Virus record (IMG/VR): IMGVR_UViG_3300033127_000053
DNA length: 20,000 nt
Strand: one strand, 5' to 3'
From: an uncultured virus (IMG/VR IMGVR_UViG_3300033127_000053)
Lineage: Duplodnaviria > Heunggongvirae > Uroviricota > Caudoviricetes
Positions 1 to 9,418 of the stretch are shown here, piece after piece. Every line of letters starts with the position of its first letter. Position 1 is the stretch's first letter. Position numbers and translations under genes: made by a program. The notes below the pieces were generated by a model, which saw only the letters and a program-made list of their open reading frames with translations, had not been told where the DNA came from and ran no database searches.

Positions 1-2
1 AA

Positions 3-293
3 AACGTTCCCGATCCGACTATCCAAGTAGACGAAAAACAAGAGCTTGTTAGAGGTATATCGGAAGCGCTCAAAGACGCCGGTTATTTTCATGACCGGAA
101 GATCTTAAGCGGCGGTGATTTGATGCTCTCTTGTTCAAGCAAGCCGTATTATTTCACGATTGTCCACTTCATCACGACCGATGACATGTTTACTTTGAGG
201 CTACCTCGCACGCCGACCAAAGTTTTTCAGGGCACCGCCGACGAGGTCATCGACTGGCTAGAGTCTGAACTTTCGACGTTTTACACCTACTAA
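3..293 (+). CDS. 5'-truncated hypothetical protein
   Basis: Frame 3 is open from the window edge (NVPDPTIQVDEKQELVRG...DWLESELSTFYTY) to TAA 291-293, 5 nt before the next ATG. Not in the supplied ORF track. Confidence 0.7.
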   Translation, partial: NVPDPTIQVDEKQELVRGISEALKDAGYFHDRKILSGGDLMLSCSSKPYYFTIVHFITTDDMFTLRLPRTPTKVFQGTADEVIDWLESELSTFYTY

Positions 294-298
294 TTACA

Positions 299-1114
299 AT
301 GACAAAAAATAAGCCTGCTAAACCAAAACTAAAAGCGTTATCAAGAAAAACACGCGCGCATGCCTTTCTATCACCATCGGCGGCGGGTCGGTGGCTAACT
401 GAATGTATAGCCTCGCCTTACTGGGAAGAAGGATCTCCCTATGCCGACAAGTCCTCACCCGCAGCCCGCGAGGGCACAGCAGCCCATGAGATGTTTGAGT
501 ACTTGATGAACACCGGCGAGATGCCCGCACTACAAACCAAGGCGCAGAACGGCGAGGTGTTCACCGGCGAGATGTGCCAATACGTCAGCGCGGGTCACCG
601 TGGATTAATGCATCGTTTCCCTGATATGACCCAATGGTTATCAGAGATCCATATCCCTATCTGGAAAGCTTTCGACTTCAAATATCCTTGGATATGGGGC
701 ACGGCTGATGTTGTTGCACATGCAGGAAACACCCTACTAATCGCCGACCTTAAGTATGGGATGTTTGACGTCTCACCCGTGGGCAATAAGCAATTGTTGT
801 TTTATGCCCTTGGCGCGGCGCATAAGTTCGAATGGCGACACGATGTCATCGAGCTGTGCATTATCCAACCGCGCACTAAGAAGATCGATCAGATCATTAA
901 AGTGCATACGATCTCAAAAGACGATCTTATTGCGTTTAGAAACACGACTAAAGAACAAATAACCAAAGTTTTACAACGCGGATTTAAGACACCGCCGAAC
1001 GTGTCATCGGCTTGTCATTTCTGTAAGGCTAAGCTTGGATGCCCTGCTATTAAGCAGAATGCAGCCGATAGGGAGTTCTCAGAATATTTACTAGATGAAG
1101 AACTCTCTATCTAA
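299..1114 (+). CDS. DUF2800-family Cas4-like PD-(D/E)XK nuclease
   Basis: Motifs HAFLSPSAAGRWLTEC, EGTAAHE, WGTADVV...IADLKYG, QLLFYALGA and C-terminal CHFCKAKLGCP (1+3 Cys, Fe-S staple pattern). Sits upstream of an SSB and a polymerase, as is typical. Confidence 0.85.
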   Translation: MTKNKPAKPKLKALSRKTRAHAFLSPSAAGRWLTECIASPYWEEGSPYADKSSPAAREGTAAHEMFEYLMNTGEMPALQTKAQNGEVFTGEMCQYVSAGHRGLMHRFPDMTQWLSEIHIPIWKAFDFKYPWIWGTADVVAHAGNTLLIADLKYGMFDVSPVGNKQLLFYALGAAHKFEWRHDVIELCIIQPRTKKIDQIIKVHTISKDDLIAFRNTTKEQITKVLQRGFKTPPNVSSACHFCKAKLGCPAIKQNAADREFSEYLLDEELSI

Positions 1115-1152
1115 TCTTTTCAATTGTTCACCAAATTAATTAAAGTTGCCTC

Positions 1153-1182
1153 TTTACAACTCAGTTCTTAAAGTGGTATTCT
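1153..1182 (+). promoter_or_regulatory. Putative sigma70-type promoter for the SSB gene
   Basis: TTTACA (1153-1158), 18-nt spacer, extended -10 TG-G-TATTCT (1174-1182), in an AT-rich intergenic gap. Confidence 0.5.
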
Positions 1183-1233
1183 TTAATAGTTCGAAAAAAA
1201 GACTATTCACCTGAAAAAAAGGAAACTAATTCT

Positions 1234-2175
1234 ATGGCAAGACGACCCGCTACACCCGCGTATATCAAGAAGTGCAAAACCGATAAAGCGGCGGACAACA
1301 AAGGTTACTTTAGCAACCGCATCACCGACGCCCGTTTGAAGGTTATTGGCGCTGCTGGATATTGTTATACACGCGGCGAAAAGAAGGTTAACAAGAATGA
1401 CGGCAGTGAAGAAAAGTACGTTGTCACTGTGCTTATTCCTAAGAAGATTGACGGCAAGCCTAACGCCAAGTTAGCGGCGCTTAAAAAGCAATTTGCAAAG
1501 GGTGTTAAACAGGCCTTTCCCGGCATTGATAACGAGAACATTAAAGACATTTTCAAAGACGAATCTGCCTTTAAGAACGATTTGCGTTTTGCTCTTTATG
1601 ACTGTGATATCAAGGAAGAGCCCCGCGAAAATGAGATTGGCCATTACGCGTTGGTTCTTAAGTCCACCGATGAAGTGCCTGCGTATCACGGCAATGCTGG
1701 TGAGCTTGAAGACGCCAAGCGTGACCCTCGCAGCGGCGACACAATCGTCATCTCCGGGATCATGTGGCCTTATTTCGTGGCTGAGTCTTCATGTGGTGTG
1801 ACCGCGTTTGTTAACTCTGTCTTCATTGCTAAGTACGGCGAAGGTCCTCAGGGTAACCCCGCTGATACGTTTGCCGACGAGCTGTCTGAGTTTGCAACCT
1901 CTGAGGGCATGAGCGCTATTTCTTCTGACGATGAAGACGACGACGACGAATTCGAAGAAGAGTTTGAAGACGCTGTCGAAGAAGATGAAGAAGACGACGA
2001 GGGCGACGAAGAAGAAGAAGAAGAACCCGCGCCTGCCGCCAAAGCCAAGCGTAAGCCCGCCAAAGCCAAGAAAACCAAGGCTAAGCCTAAGGCTAAGTCC
2101 GATCCGGTTGATACCGAAGAAGATACCGAAGAAGATACCGAAGAAGACGACGACGACGAATGGGACGACCTCTAA
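1234..2175 (+). CDS. Single-stranded DNA-binding protein (DUF2815 / T7 gp2.5-like OB fold) with long acidic tail
   Basis: Position after DUF2800; motifs KYVVTVLIPK, RSGDTIVISG, GVTAFVNSV..AKYGEG, ADTFAD; acidic C-terminus ending DDDDEWDDL. Confidence 0.75.
   Translation: MARRPATPAYIKKCKTDKAADNKGYFSNRITDARLKVIGAAGYCYTRGEKKVNKNDGSEEKYVVTVLIPKKIDGKPNAKLAALKKQFAKGVKQAFPGIDNENIKDIFKDESAFKNDLRFALYDCDIKEEPRENEIGHYALVLKSTDEVPAYHGNAGELEDAKRDPRSGDTIVISGIMWPYFVAESSCGVTAFVNSVFIAKYGEGPQGNPADTFADELSEFATSEGMSAISSDDEDDDDEFEEEFEDAVEEDEEDDEGDEEEEEEPAPAAKAKRKPAKAKKTKAKPKAKSDPVDTEEDTEEDTEEDDDDEWDDL
2110..2145 (+). repeat. 3x 12-bp in-frame tandem repeat GATACCGAAGAA (DTEE x3)
   Basis: Exact copies at 2110-2121, 2122-2133 and 2134-2145. 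Confidence 0.9.
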
Positions 2176-2212
2176 GTCATAGCTGATTTCCTTACGTGTG
2201 CGTGTGTGTGTA

Positions 2213-2251
2213 GGGGCACTGAGTTAATAGCGATTCAGTGCCCTTTTTTTT
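2213..2251 (+). terminator. Rho-independent terminator after the SSB gene
   Basis: GGGCACTGAGTT-aatagc-GATTCAGTGCCC followed by a T8 run. Confidence 0.85.
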
Positions 2252-2275
2252 GTTGTTTCACCCGGTTTCCCCTGC

Positions 2276-2725
2276 ATGAATATTAACGAGCCTAGACAAA
2301 ATGAGAACTTCTATGTGGAGCGCGCAATCATATCTAAGTTCGCCTACAGTCTACAAGCGCGTCAAATAAACACAGAGCATGGCGCGGTCACCTTTAGATC
2401 TAATCTCAATATCATTTTGCCTGTTCTCAAGATAGAAACATCGTTGTATTTGATGTATGTATCTAAAACGGATCAGTACATCTTGATAGATACGAGCGCG
2501 GATGCTTATTACAACGATTTTAAGGCTGTGTTCTTGCTTGAAGCCCAAGTTCTGCAAGCGATTGAGACCGTGCTTAAGATGCATACATTGAACAACCTTT
2601 GTGACACTTTCCAGTTAGGGCGTCCTTACCTAGACATTACTGATCATACGCCGACCACAGAGCCTAAGGGGTTATTTAAGCCTGAATCATTCAGGTTCAA
2701 AGATGAGGATTACGAAACCACTTAA
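2276..2725 (+). CDS. Hypothetical protein
   Basis: 149-aa ORF filling the gap, co-oriented with neighbours; no motif recognised. Confidence 0.6.
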   Translation: MNINEPRQNENFYVERAIISKFAYSLQARQINTEHGAVTFRSNLNIILPVLKIETSLYLMYVSKTDQYILIDTSADAYYNDFKAVFLLEAQVLQAIETVLKMHTLNNLCDTFQLGRPYLDITDHTPTTEPKGLFKPESFRFKDEDYETT

Positions 2726-2726
2726 T

Positions 2727-2763
2727 CGCTATTCACAACGACAACCGCTATTCACAACGACAA
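2727..2763 (+). repeat. Intergenic direct repeat CGCTATTCACAACGACAA x2 (19-bp period)
   Basis: Exact 18-mer at 2727-2744 and 2746-2763, 4 nt before the helicase ATG. Confidence 0.9.
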
Positions 2764-2767
2764 AATT

Positions 2768-4276
2768 ATGAAATGGTCTAAGTATCAAAAAGACATCTTT
2801 AGAGCGATTAGAGACACCGACGAGTCTATCGCTATCAAGGCCGTCCCTGGGTCGGGCAAGACGACAACAATCGTCAGATCGTCTAAGCTGTTAGACTTCA
2901 GCAAGTCTGCGATATTCCTAGCGTTTAACAAGGCGATCGCCTCAGAGTTAAATGAAAAGATATCACCCATATGTGACGCATCTACGTTTCACGGCATTGG
3001 TGCGACGGCATGCGCACAGAATCTTCCTAAAGTTGTTATCGAGCAAAACAAGTATTGGCCGATTATCAGCGCTTACATAGACAGGCCTATAGAGCCATTT
3101 GGCGGCTTGTTCTCGTCTGCCTATCCGTTGCTTCAATTGGTCGACGCCGCGCGGTGTAGGCGCGTTAAGCTGACACCGCGAGGTGTTGAAACGCTAACCG
3201 AGACCATGGGCATTCTGGGTGTTCGCGCAGGTAGCACTCACACATGGGCAGAAGTCGCGAAGCATATCAAAGCGTGCATTAAGCGAGGAACTAAGTTAGC
3301 CCTTAAGCAAGGGGTTATCGACTTCACTGATATGGTCTGGTTACCTTGTTTCAAAGACTGGGATATTCAACCTTACACAACGGTTTACGTCGACGAAGCG
3401 CAGGATCTAAACCCGGTTCAGCTTACCCTTTTGCAAAAGATTGTTGAAACGGGCGGGCGCTTGATCATGGTTGGCGACCCTAACCAGGCTATCTATGCCT
3501 TTACGGGCGCTATGTCTGAGAGTTTCTTCATCACTAAGGAAACGTTTCAAGCCCGCGAGATGCCCTTATCGGTTTGTTACCGTTGCCCGACCTCTCACCT
3601 AGAGATTGCCCGCAGGTTTTGTAAAACCGTTGAGGCTGCGCCTAATGCCGTCGAGGGTAGCGTCGACGAGATTTCGTATAGCTCACTTCAATACGAATTG
3701 TCGAACCACACTAGCAGCAACCTTTTAATTTGCCGTAGCAAAGCGCCGCTGATTAAGACGTTTATCAACCTGCTAGCAGAAGGTGTTGAATGTCAGTTTA
3801 ATAAGGGCACGATTCTAAACTCGATTATTTCCTTGATTGAGATTTTAGAGAATGGCTACGGCGCGTCTATGAGCAATTTAGATCGATATCTTGCGGAGTA
3901 TCACGCCGACGAAAAGACGCGGTTAGAAGAGTCGCACCCCGGCGGGGCTAAGATGGCTATCCGTAATTTAGGCGACAACGTCGAAGCTTTACGCACGTTG
4001 CTATATGCCTTCCGTAGGTCGTGCTCGTCAGTGATCGTCTTTAAGGCGAAGATCCGTTCTTTGGCGAAGAAGAAAGGAAACACGACGTTATCAACAGTGC
4101 ACGGCGCTAAGGGGCTTGAAGCTGACTGGGTCGGCGTGCTTGATTGGGAAAAGATGCCTCTGAACATCAACGGCATGAGCGACGAACAACGTAAGCAAGA
4201 GAAAAACTTACAGCTCATTGCCTCGACCCGATCAAAGCAACACCTGCGGTTAATCCCCATGCCTGATGATGAGTAA
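2768..4276 (+). CDS. Superfamily 1 (UvrD/Rep-like) DNA helicase
   Basis: AVPGSGKT (I), LAFNKAIA (Ia), STFHG, VDEAQD (II), VGDPNQAIYAF (III), YRCP (IV), STVHGAKGLEA (V), ASTRSK (VI). Confidence 0.93.
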   Translation: MKWSKYQKDIFRAIRDTDESIAIKAVPGSGKTTTIVRSSKLLDFSKSAIFLAFNKAIASELNEKISPICDASTFHGIGATACAQNLPKVVIEQNKYWPIISAYIDRPIEPFGGLFSSAYPLLQLVDAARCRRVKLTPRGVETLTETMGILGVRAGSTHTWAEVAKHIKACIKRGTKLALKQGVIDFTDMVWLPCFKDWDIQPYTTVYVDEAQDLNPVQLTLLQKIVETGGRLIMVGDPNQAIYAFTGAMSESFFITKETFQAREMPLSVCYRCPTSHLEIARRFCKTVEAAPNAVEGSVDEISYSSLQYELSNHTSSNLLICRSKAPLIKTFINLLAEGVECQFNKGTILNSIISLIEILENGYGASMSNLDRYLAEYHADEKTRLEESHPGGAKMAIRNLGDNVEALRTLLYAFRRSCSSVIVFKAKIRSLAKKKGNTTLSTVHGAKGLEADWVGVLDWEKMPLNINGMSDEQRKQEKNLQLIASTRSKQHLRLIPMPDDE

Positions 4277-4595
4277 AAAACCAACGCTAACAACTGTGAT
4301 GGTCGCAATGCACAGCCGCGAGCATGAGACGTATTACTTGCAGACGCAAGGCATTTGTAAAAACGGCCTGTGCATCGTTAAGCGCTCGCGCTTCATGAAG
4401 AATGACAGCTCTGACGACCATTCTGTTATCCATCATGGCTCGGGCCAAAAGATTGCTTTGTGCACGTCTCACGCGGACGCCGTGAAGCTCATCAAAAGAT
4501 TGCTTAGCAGCTCGGTTAACTGGCACAAATCAGCCGAAGATCTAAAGAAAGAAAAAGAAGTAATTGAGAGATTATGTGATGAGGAAAACATTTAA
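4266..4595 (+). CDS. Hypothetical protein
   Basis: 109-aa ORF overlapping both neighbours, in operon-like packing. Confidence 0.65.
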   Translation: MMSKKPTLTTVMVAMHSREHETYYLQTQGICKNGLCIVKRSRFMKNDSSDDHSVIHHGSGQKIALCTSHADAVKLIKRLLSSSVNWHKSAEDLKKEKEVIERLCDEENI

Positions 4596-6849
4596 CCCCT
4601 ATGAGCATGTTGCAGTCAAAACGGTCATGGAGTTAGATCAAGAATCGGGGACTATGCTGAGTCATGGATCTAGTTTAATCACCGAAGATGACGAGCTCGC
4701 TAAAAATCTACACTGGAAACCTAAGCCCGTTAAGAAGTTGGCGCAGTGGAAACCGACGCCTGTAGTCCCATACAACGGCTCGTCGAACTCGCCTAACGTT
4801 CTCTATCTTGATATTGAAACCGAGGGGTTGAATCCTCAGACTGACCGGGTGACGATGATCGGCGTTAGAATCGACGGCCCGTGGCCTAAGCTATCAGCCA
4901 AACACCACAAGAAACTATTAACAGGCTACATTTTCCAAGCGTCTAAACCTGATAATGACGCCGCTGAAAAGAGGATATTAGACCGAGTCTCTAAGTTTAT
5001 CCGCAAGAATAACCCCGACATCGTGTCAACACACAACGGCTTCGGGTTCGACATGCCTTTCCTAGCTGCGCGAATGAAGATTCTTGGTAGCAGAAAGATC
5101 ATTCATGTGCTGCCTAATACCCGTGTGATTACGTCGGCTTCTATGTTTGGTAAGCCTATTGAGTTCTACCCGGCGTATTTCAAAGCCCCTAATCAACGGG
5201 GATATGTCGACAACAAGGGCGGGTTTCCGCAGATAGTCGATACGATGTTTCTGGCTGCGCAGCTCGATAAGATTAAGGCGAACATGTCGTCGTATTCACT
5301 CAAATATCTAGGCGAGTATGTCAAGTTCCGCGAAGCCGATGACCGGGTAACCCTCAAGCACGACGAGATCATCGGCTATTGGAAATCACAGGATCCTGAA
5401 AAGCTAGCGATTTTAAGGCAATATCTGATGGATGACTTAGCCGATCAAAAGGCTGTATCTGACTATTTCATTCCGATGATTTGGTTCCAACAGATGTTTA
5501 TCCCCTTGCCCGTGCAAGAGTTAGCCACGGCGAGCCCTGCGAAGAAGTGGAATAAATTAATCTCTGACTATTACGGTTTGCCCTATTACAAGCTGCCTGA
5601 AGCCGACGAGAAGTTAGCTTATGAAGGCGCAATGACTGACTGCATACCGGGGTTGTATCACAACTTCTTTAAGATTGACGTATCGAGCCTGTACCCGTCG
5701 CTCGTAATTAGATACGACCTCGTGCCCCATGAGAAGGATCCCGAGCGCGTCTCTATCGTGGCCTTAGAGACGTTTAGAGACCTGCGGTATGTGTTTAAGG
5801 CGCTAGCCAGTGATACACCGCTTAGAGTGCTTAAAATGCCTGCGTGGGTGGACAATCCCGATCTATTCAAAGACATCGATCCGCATCACATCACCTCGTC
5901 AGAAAAGGCTAACTTTAGCGCTATCGACGGGTCTCTTAAGGTGTGCATTAACGGGTTCTACGGCTTTTTGGGCGTCGCAGGTTACAACTACAATTCTTGC
6001 GCGAGCGCCGCGCTAGTAACCGCATTTGGCCGGGTGCTCATGCGCGAGATGCTAGCGGTCTCAAAACGCTATTGTCACCTGATTAACCTTGACACAGACG
6101 GCCTGTGCTTACAGCCTAGATTTGCCCATGAGGTAGCCGAAGAACACCTCACCGGCGAGGCACATGAGATGTTTGAGCTTAACGCTGACGGCGAGCCCGT
6201 TATAAACCCTGAATTTGTGCACGCTCAGGTTCAAGCAGTGTTACCCGAGGGTATCAATATTGAACTTGAGGACAGATGCCCGACCGGCGCTATCTACGCA
6301 CCCAAAAAGAAGAATTACATCTATTGGGAAAAACCCGACGGCAAGCCCAAATGTAAAGGCGTGTTCCGCAAGCGTAACCGTACAGGCGTGCAGAAGAAAT
6401 TCCCTATTAACTACATTTGGAATAGAGCGTTCAAAGGCGAAGAGGCAGCGGAACAATACTATGATAAAGTGGTTACGTTAATAGAAAAGTCATCTGAACA
6501 GGGGTTATCTATCAGCCATAGCGCGTTGAAAAACCTTGCTATTACTAAGCGTGTGCCTATCTCCGATAAGGCTCTAACAGCGGCCAACGTTGCCAAACAT
6601 GGCGAACAGGCTACCTTTTATTGGGCATCTTGGCAGGAATACACGCCTAAAAAGGGTGATCCTAAAAAGAAATTATCGCGGTTCCCCGTGCGGGTCACTG
6701 ACTTCGACGGCAAGTTGCGTGCAAACTTACAACAAGTGCCTGAGAGTATAGACCCGAAAGACTTGTTTTTTAACCTTAACAAGCAGTGGTATTTGGACGA
6801 CCTAAACAAGATTAAAAGGGAGATTTTAGATAATATTGTGAGGTATTAA
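4579..6849 (+). CDS. Family B DNA polymerase with 3'-5' exonuclease
   Basis: ExoI LDIETEG, ExoII HNGFGFDMPFL, ExoIII YLMDD; motif A IDVSSLYPS, motif B KVCINGFYG, TAFGR, motif C NLDTDG, KKKNY, KCKG. ATG 4579 chosen; TTG 4564 is in frame. Confidence 0.93.
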   Translation: MRKTFNPYEHVAVKTVMELDQESGTMLSHGSSLITEDDELAKNLHWKPKPVKKLAQWKPTPVVPYNGSSNSPNVLYLDIETEGLNPQTDRVTMIGVRIDGPWPKLSAKHHKKLLTGYIFQASKPDNDAAEKRILDRVSKFIRKNNPDIVSTHNGFGFDMPFLAARMKILGSRKIIHVLPNTRVITSASMFGKPIEFYPAYFKAPNQRGYVDNKGGFPQIVDTMFLAAQLDKIKANMSSYSLKYLGEYVKFREADDRVTLKHDEIIGYWKSQDPEKLAILRQYLMDDLADQKAVSDYFIPMIWFQQMFIPLPVQELATASPAKKWNKLISDYYGLPYYKLPEADEKLAYEGAMTDCIPGLYHNFFKIDVSSLYPSLVIRYDLVPHEKDPERVSIVALETFRDLRYVFKALASDTPLRVLKMPAWVDNPDLFKDIDPHHITSSEKANFSAIDGSLKVCINGFYGFLGVAGYNYNSCASAALVTAFGRVLMREMLAVSKRYCHLINLDTDGLCLQPRFAHEVAEEHLTGEAHEMFELNADGEPVINPEFVHAQVQAVLPEGINIELEDRCPTGAIYAPKKKNYIYWEKPDGKPKCKGVFRKRNRTGVQKKFPINYIWNRAFKGEEAAEQYYDKVVTLIEKSSEQGLSISHSALKNLAITKRVPISDKALTAANVAKHGEQATFYWASWQEYTPKKGDPKKKLSRFPVRVTDFDGKLRANLQQVPESIDPKDLFFNLNKQWYLDDLNKIKREILDNIVRY

Positions 6850-7043
6850 TGCCAGCTAAAAAAGACGTTTACGTTATAAATGTGACGCTTAAAACTCACC
6901 CAATAGTATTTTCTAGAATGGCTGCTTTTAAGGGTGTTTTAACGTCATTTTTTAACGGATTAGCTAACTGTAAATACGCGAGTATAGAGGTAACCATCGA
7001 AGATAATGAGCAAAGCACGAAGAAGGAAATCAGTGACTGCTAG
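6849..7043 (+). CDS. Small hypothetical protein
   Basis: ATG overlaps the polymerase stop codon (TAATG). Confidence 0.6.
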   Translation: MPAKKDVYVINVTLKTHPIVFSRMAAFKGVLTSFFNGLANCKYASIEVTIEDNEQSTKKEISDC

Positions 7044-7260
7044 AAAACGCGGTCAACTAGGCAGTTCTAAAAAGGTTTCACCGCTTGATTTAGTTGCCGA
7101 TAAACCGGCGGTGACTCGCTACGAAGTAGAGATATTCACGAAGGTTTTAAGCCATGCTAAACAGGCCGAATTAAAAATGAAGTTGAACACGTTTTTAATG
7201 GAACAAAGTGATCTCCACTCGTTTGATATTAAGACGGAGACGTTAACCGTTGAGCAGTAA
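7006..7260 (+). CDS. Small hypothetical protein (start uncertain; GTG 7033 possible)
   Basis: Fills the gap between the 6849 ORF and VRR-NUC; basic N-terminus. Confidence 0.55.
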   Translation: MSKARRRKSVTARKRGQLGSSKKVSPLDLVADKPAVTRYEVEIFTKVLSHAKQAELKMKLNTFLMEQSDLHSFDIKTETLTVEQ

Positions 7261-7588
7261 GAAAGAAAGTAGAATCGAAAGCGAGTCTGTAGTCGCACTT
7301 TGTAAAATGAGTGGGTTCGCGATAAAGATAGACACCCGCGTCGGGTATCCTGACCGCTTGATTACGTGGACGAACAAACATAATGTCCCGTTGTTTTTTA
7401 ACATTGAATTTAAGACTAAAACGGGACGTTTAAGCCCTGTTCAAAAACATGTGATTTCTAGAATTCCGGGAAACACTTACATTTGCCGATCAGTTGACGA
7501 AGCGATCGCCGCTTTCAATAAAGAAAAGGAACTATTTGACAATGTTACGAGTAGATCAGTTATATCCCGCGCAAAAAACAGCCGCTAA
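7250..7588 (+). CDS. VRR-NUC domain nuclease
   Basis: ESRIES...GYPDRLI...FNIEFKTKTGRLSPVQK...YICRSVDEA; lies directly upstream of a SNF2 helicase, as is typical. Confidence 0.88.
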   Translation: MSSKKESRIESESVVALCKMSGFAIKIDTRVGYPDRLITWTNKHNVPLFFNIEFKTKTGRLSPVQKHVISRIPGNTYICRSVDEAIAAFNKEKELFDNVTSRSVISRAKNSR

Positions 7589-8966
7589 GCAGCTCGCGAG
7601 CGTTAAACAGGTTGCCCTATTTGCGGACCCCGGCGACGGCAAGACGATCACCACGTTGACGGCGATTCGGTTGTTGCAAAAAAGAGATGAAATAGATCCA
7701 AACAAAAAGATTTTGATTGTCGCGCCTGCGACGGTCTGCAAAGAAAAAGTTTGGCTAGATGAGATTGGGCGATGGGCTCACACCCGCCGGTTGAAAGCGG
7801 TTAACTTGCAGGCAGTGAAACCAGACGAACGGTTAGACGCGTTGCTATCGCCGTCGACGCTAGTGTTTACGATTAGTTATTCGTTGATACCGTGGCTAGT
7901 GGATTCGTTACTAAAAGACTGCAAGCCTAAGATGCGGTTAGCTGACCTTTTCAGCGTGATTGTATTTGACGAACTATCGAAGATGAAGTCGCCATCAGCC
8001 AAGACCCGTTTCGGCAAGGTTAGGCGCTATATCAAAGACGTTCCTGTGCGTATTGGGCTAACAGGCTCGCCACTGGGGAACAGCTATCTAAACCTATGGT
8101 CGGAAATGTATACGGTGGCGGGTGAAATGCCTTTAGGTCCACGTTACACGGACTATAAAGAAGAGTTCTTCAAGCCGATGGATCGAAACCGTCATATCTG
8201 GAAAATAAAAGACGGGTCGGCATCTGAGATTACCCGCAGGATAAAACCTTACTGTGTGTATATTCCGAATGCCCGAGGCACTAGCAGCGCAGCCCGAATA
8301 TCGTTCAAGCTCATCAAGTCCTATGTTCCTAAAAAGCTGCGGACTAAATACGACGAGCTGAAGAACGACTATGTAACGTTAATCGGCGACGATGCTATCT
8401 ACTCAGAGCAAGCCGCCGTTGTACATAACAAGCTTAGACAGTTTGAATCGGGCGGGATTTATAAAAATGTCGAGCTTGGCGAAGAGGCTAGCGGCGAATG
8501 GCTTAAGCTGCACGATATTCGCATTGATAAAACTAAGGAATTAATCGATTCTTTGCAGGGCCAACAAATACTTATTGGCTATTCATACAAGCATGAGTTA
8601 GAGCGTCTTAAAAAAGCCATTCCTAGCGCCGTTTCTATTAAGGAAAAGGACGCAGTTAAACGATGGAATAACGGCGAAATACCCGTGTTATTAGCCCATC
8701 CTGCTAGTGCTGGCCATGGGCTTAATTTGCATTACAGCGGCGCGTATAACTTAATGTTTTTTACAACGCCATGGAGTTTCGAATTAATCGAGCAGTTCAT
8801 AGGCCGATTAGACCGCATCGGCCAAAAGAAAATCGTTAATGTATTCGCTTTTAATGGCACTTACATAGCTGATAGGGCGCTCGCTAATTATCGGCATAAC
8901 CTAAAGGAACAAAAAGCCGTAAAACTAGCGGTTGCGTTTCCCGACTTTAATAGATTAGTATCGTAA
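7542..8966 (+). CDS. SNF2-like (SF2) helicase/ATPase
   Basis: LYPAQ (Q motif), LFADPGDGKT, LIVAP, VFDELSKMK, GLTGSPLGN, HPASAGHGLNL, QFIGRLDRIGQ. ATG 7542 follows AAGGA and is preferred over 7494. Confidence 0.92.
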   Translation: MLRVDQLYPAQKTAAKQLASVKQVALFADPGDGKTITTLTAIRLLQKRDEIDPNKKILIVAPATVCKEKVWLDEIGRWAHTRRLKAVNLQAVKPDERLDALLSPSTLVFTISYSLIPWLVDSLLKDCKPKMRLADLFSVIVFDELSKMKSPSAKTRFGKVRRYIKDVPVRIGLTGSPLGNSYLNLWSEMYTVAGEMPLGPRYTDYKEEFFKPMDRNRHIWKIKDGSASEITRRIKPYCVYIPNARGTSSAARISFKLIKSYVPKKLRTKYDELKNDYVTLIGDDAIYSEQAAVVHNKLRQFESGGIYKNVELGEEASGEWLKLHDIRIDKTKELIDSLQGQQILIGYSYKHELERLKKAIPSAVSIKEKDAVKRWNNGEIPVLLAHPASAGHGLNLHYSGAYNLMFFTTPWSFELIEQFIGRLDRIGQKKIVNVFAFNGTYIADRALANYRHNLKEQKAVKLAVAFPDFNRLVS

Positions 8967-8992
8967 CGTTACGCCTTTAACACTTTAAGAAG

Positions 8993-9361
8993 ATGACAAA
9001 ATCAACCGACAGCCAATCAACGACGGTAACGCCTGCATACACTCAGTATTTACTTGAATTTGTAGAGACTTGCAAAGTGCATCATGGCGTGAATTCTACG
9101 CCTGCGCTCGGTAGGATAGCGGGCTTTGATAGGTTTGCGCAAATGGTCAATTGGTGGAAAACAAACACCCTTAAAAGGCCTATCAGCGATAACACCTACG
9201 CAATTCTTTCAAAGTTAGATATGGAGAAACGATCAGCTGATGAGTTAAAGCAATACTTTGAGAACCGCGAGCTTAGCGAACTCAGGGAAGAAAACGACGC
9301 TCTTAAGTCTGAAGTATTGAGGTTGTGCCAAGAATATGGAGCGACTTCAGAGCTAGTTTAA
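8993..9361 (+). CDS. Hypothetical protein, possible HTH DNA-binding domain plus C-terminal coiled coil
   Basis: STPALGRIAGF...MVNWWK...PIS is loosely XRE-HTH-like; ELREENDALKSEVLRL has a heptad pattern. Confidence 0.5.
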   Translation: MTKSTDSQSTTVTPAYTQYLLEFVETCKVHHGVNSTPALGRIAGFDRFAQMVNWWKTNTLKRPISDNTYAILSKLDMEKRSADELKQYFENRELSELREENDALKSEVLRLCQEYGATSELV

Positions 9362-9381
9362 CTAATCGAATAGGTGTAATG

Positions 9382-9418
9382 AATTCCCGCGTCATTTAAT
9401 TGGGCGTGGGAATTTTTT
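9382..9418 (+). terminator. Rho-independent terminator ending the replication module
   Basis: AATTCCCGCGTC-loop-GGCGTGGGAATT followed by a T-run. Confidence 0.75.

Noticed and set aside
299..1114. Cas4-like protein as a sign of a CRISPR system
   Set aside because: No repeat-spacer array or other cas genes in the window; DUF2800 is a routine phage recombination nuclease.
1848..2182. Ser-rich antisense ORF and Lys/Thr-rich alternate-frame ORF
   Set aside because: Shadows of the GAA/GAC low-complexity SSB tail.
2195..2211. TG-dinucleotide run CGTGTGCGTGTGTGTGT
   Set aside because: Short and imperfect; no function can be supported.
4579..6849. Intein or intron in the polymerase, or a protein-primed PolB
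   Set aside because: The ORF is continuous and of normal length, with no intein-like insertion and no TPR1-sized insert between motifs B and C.
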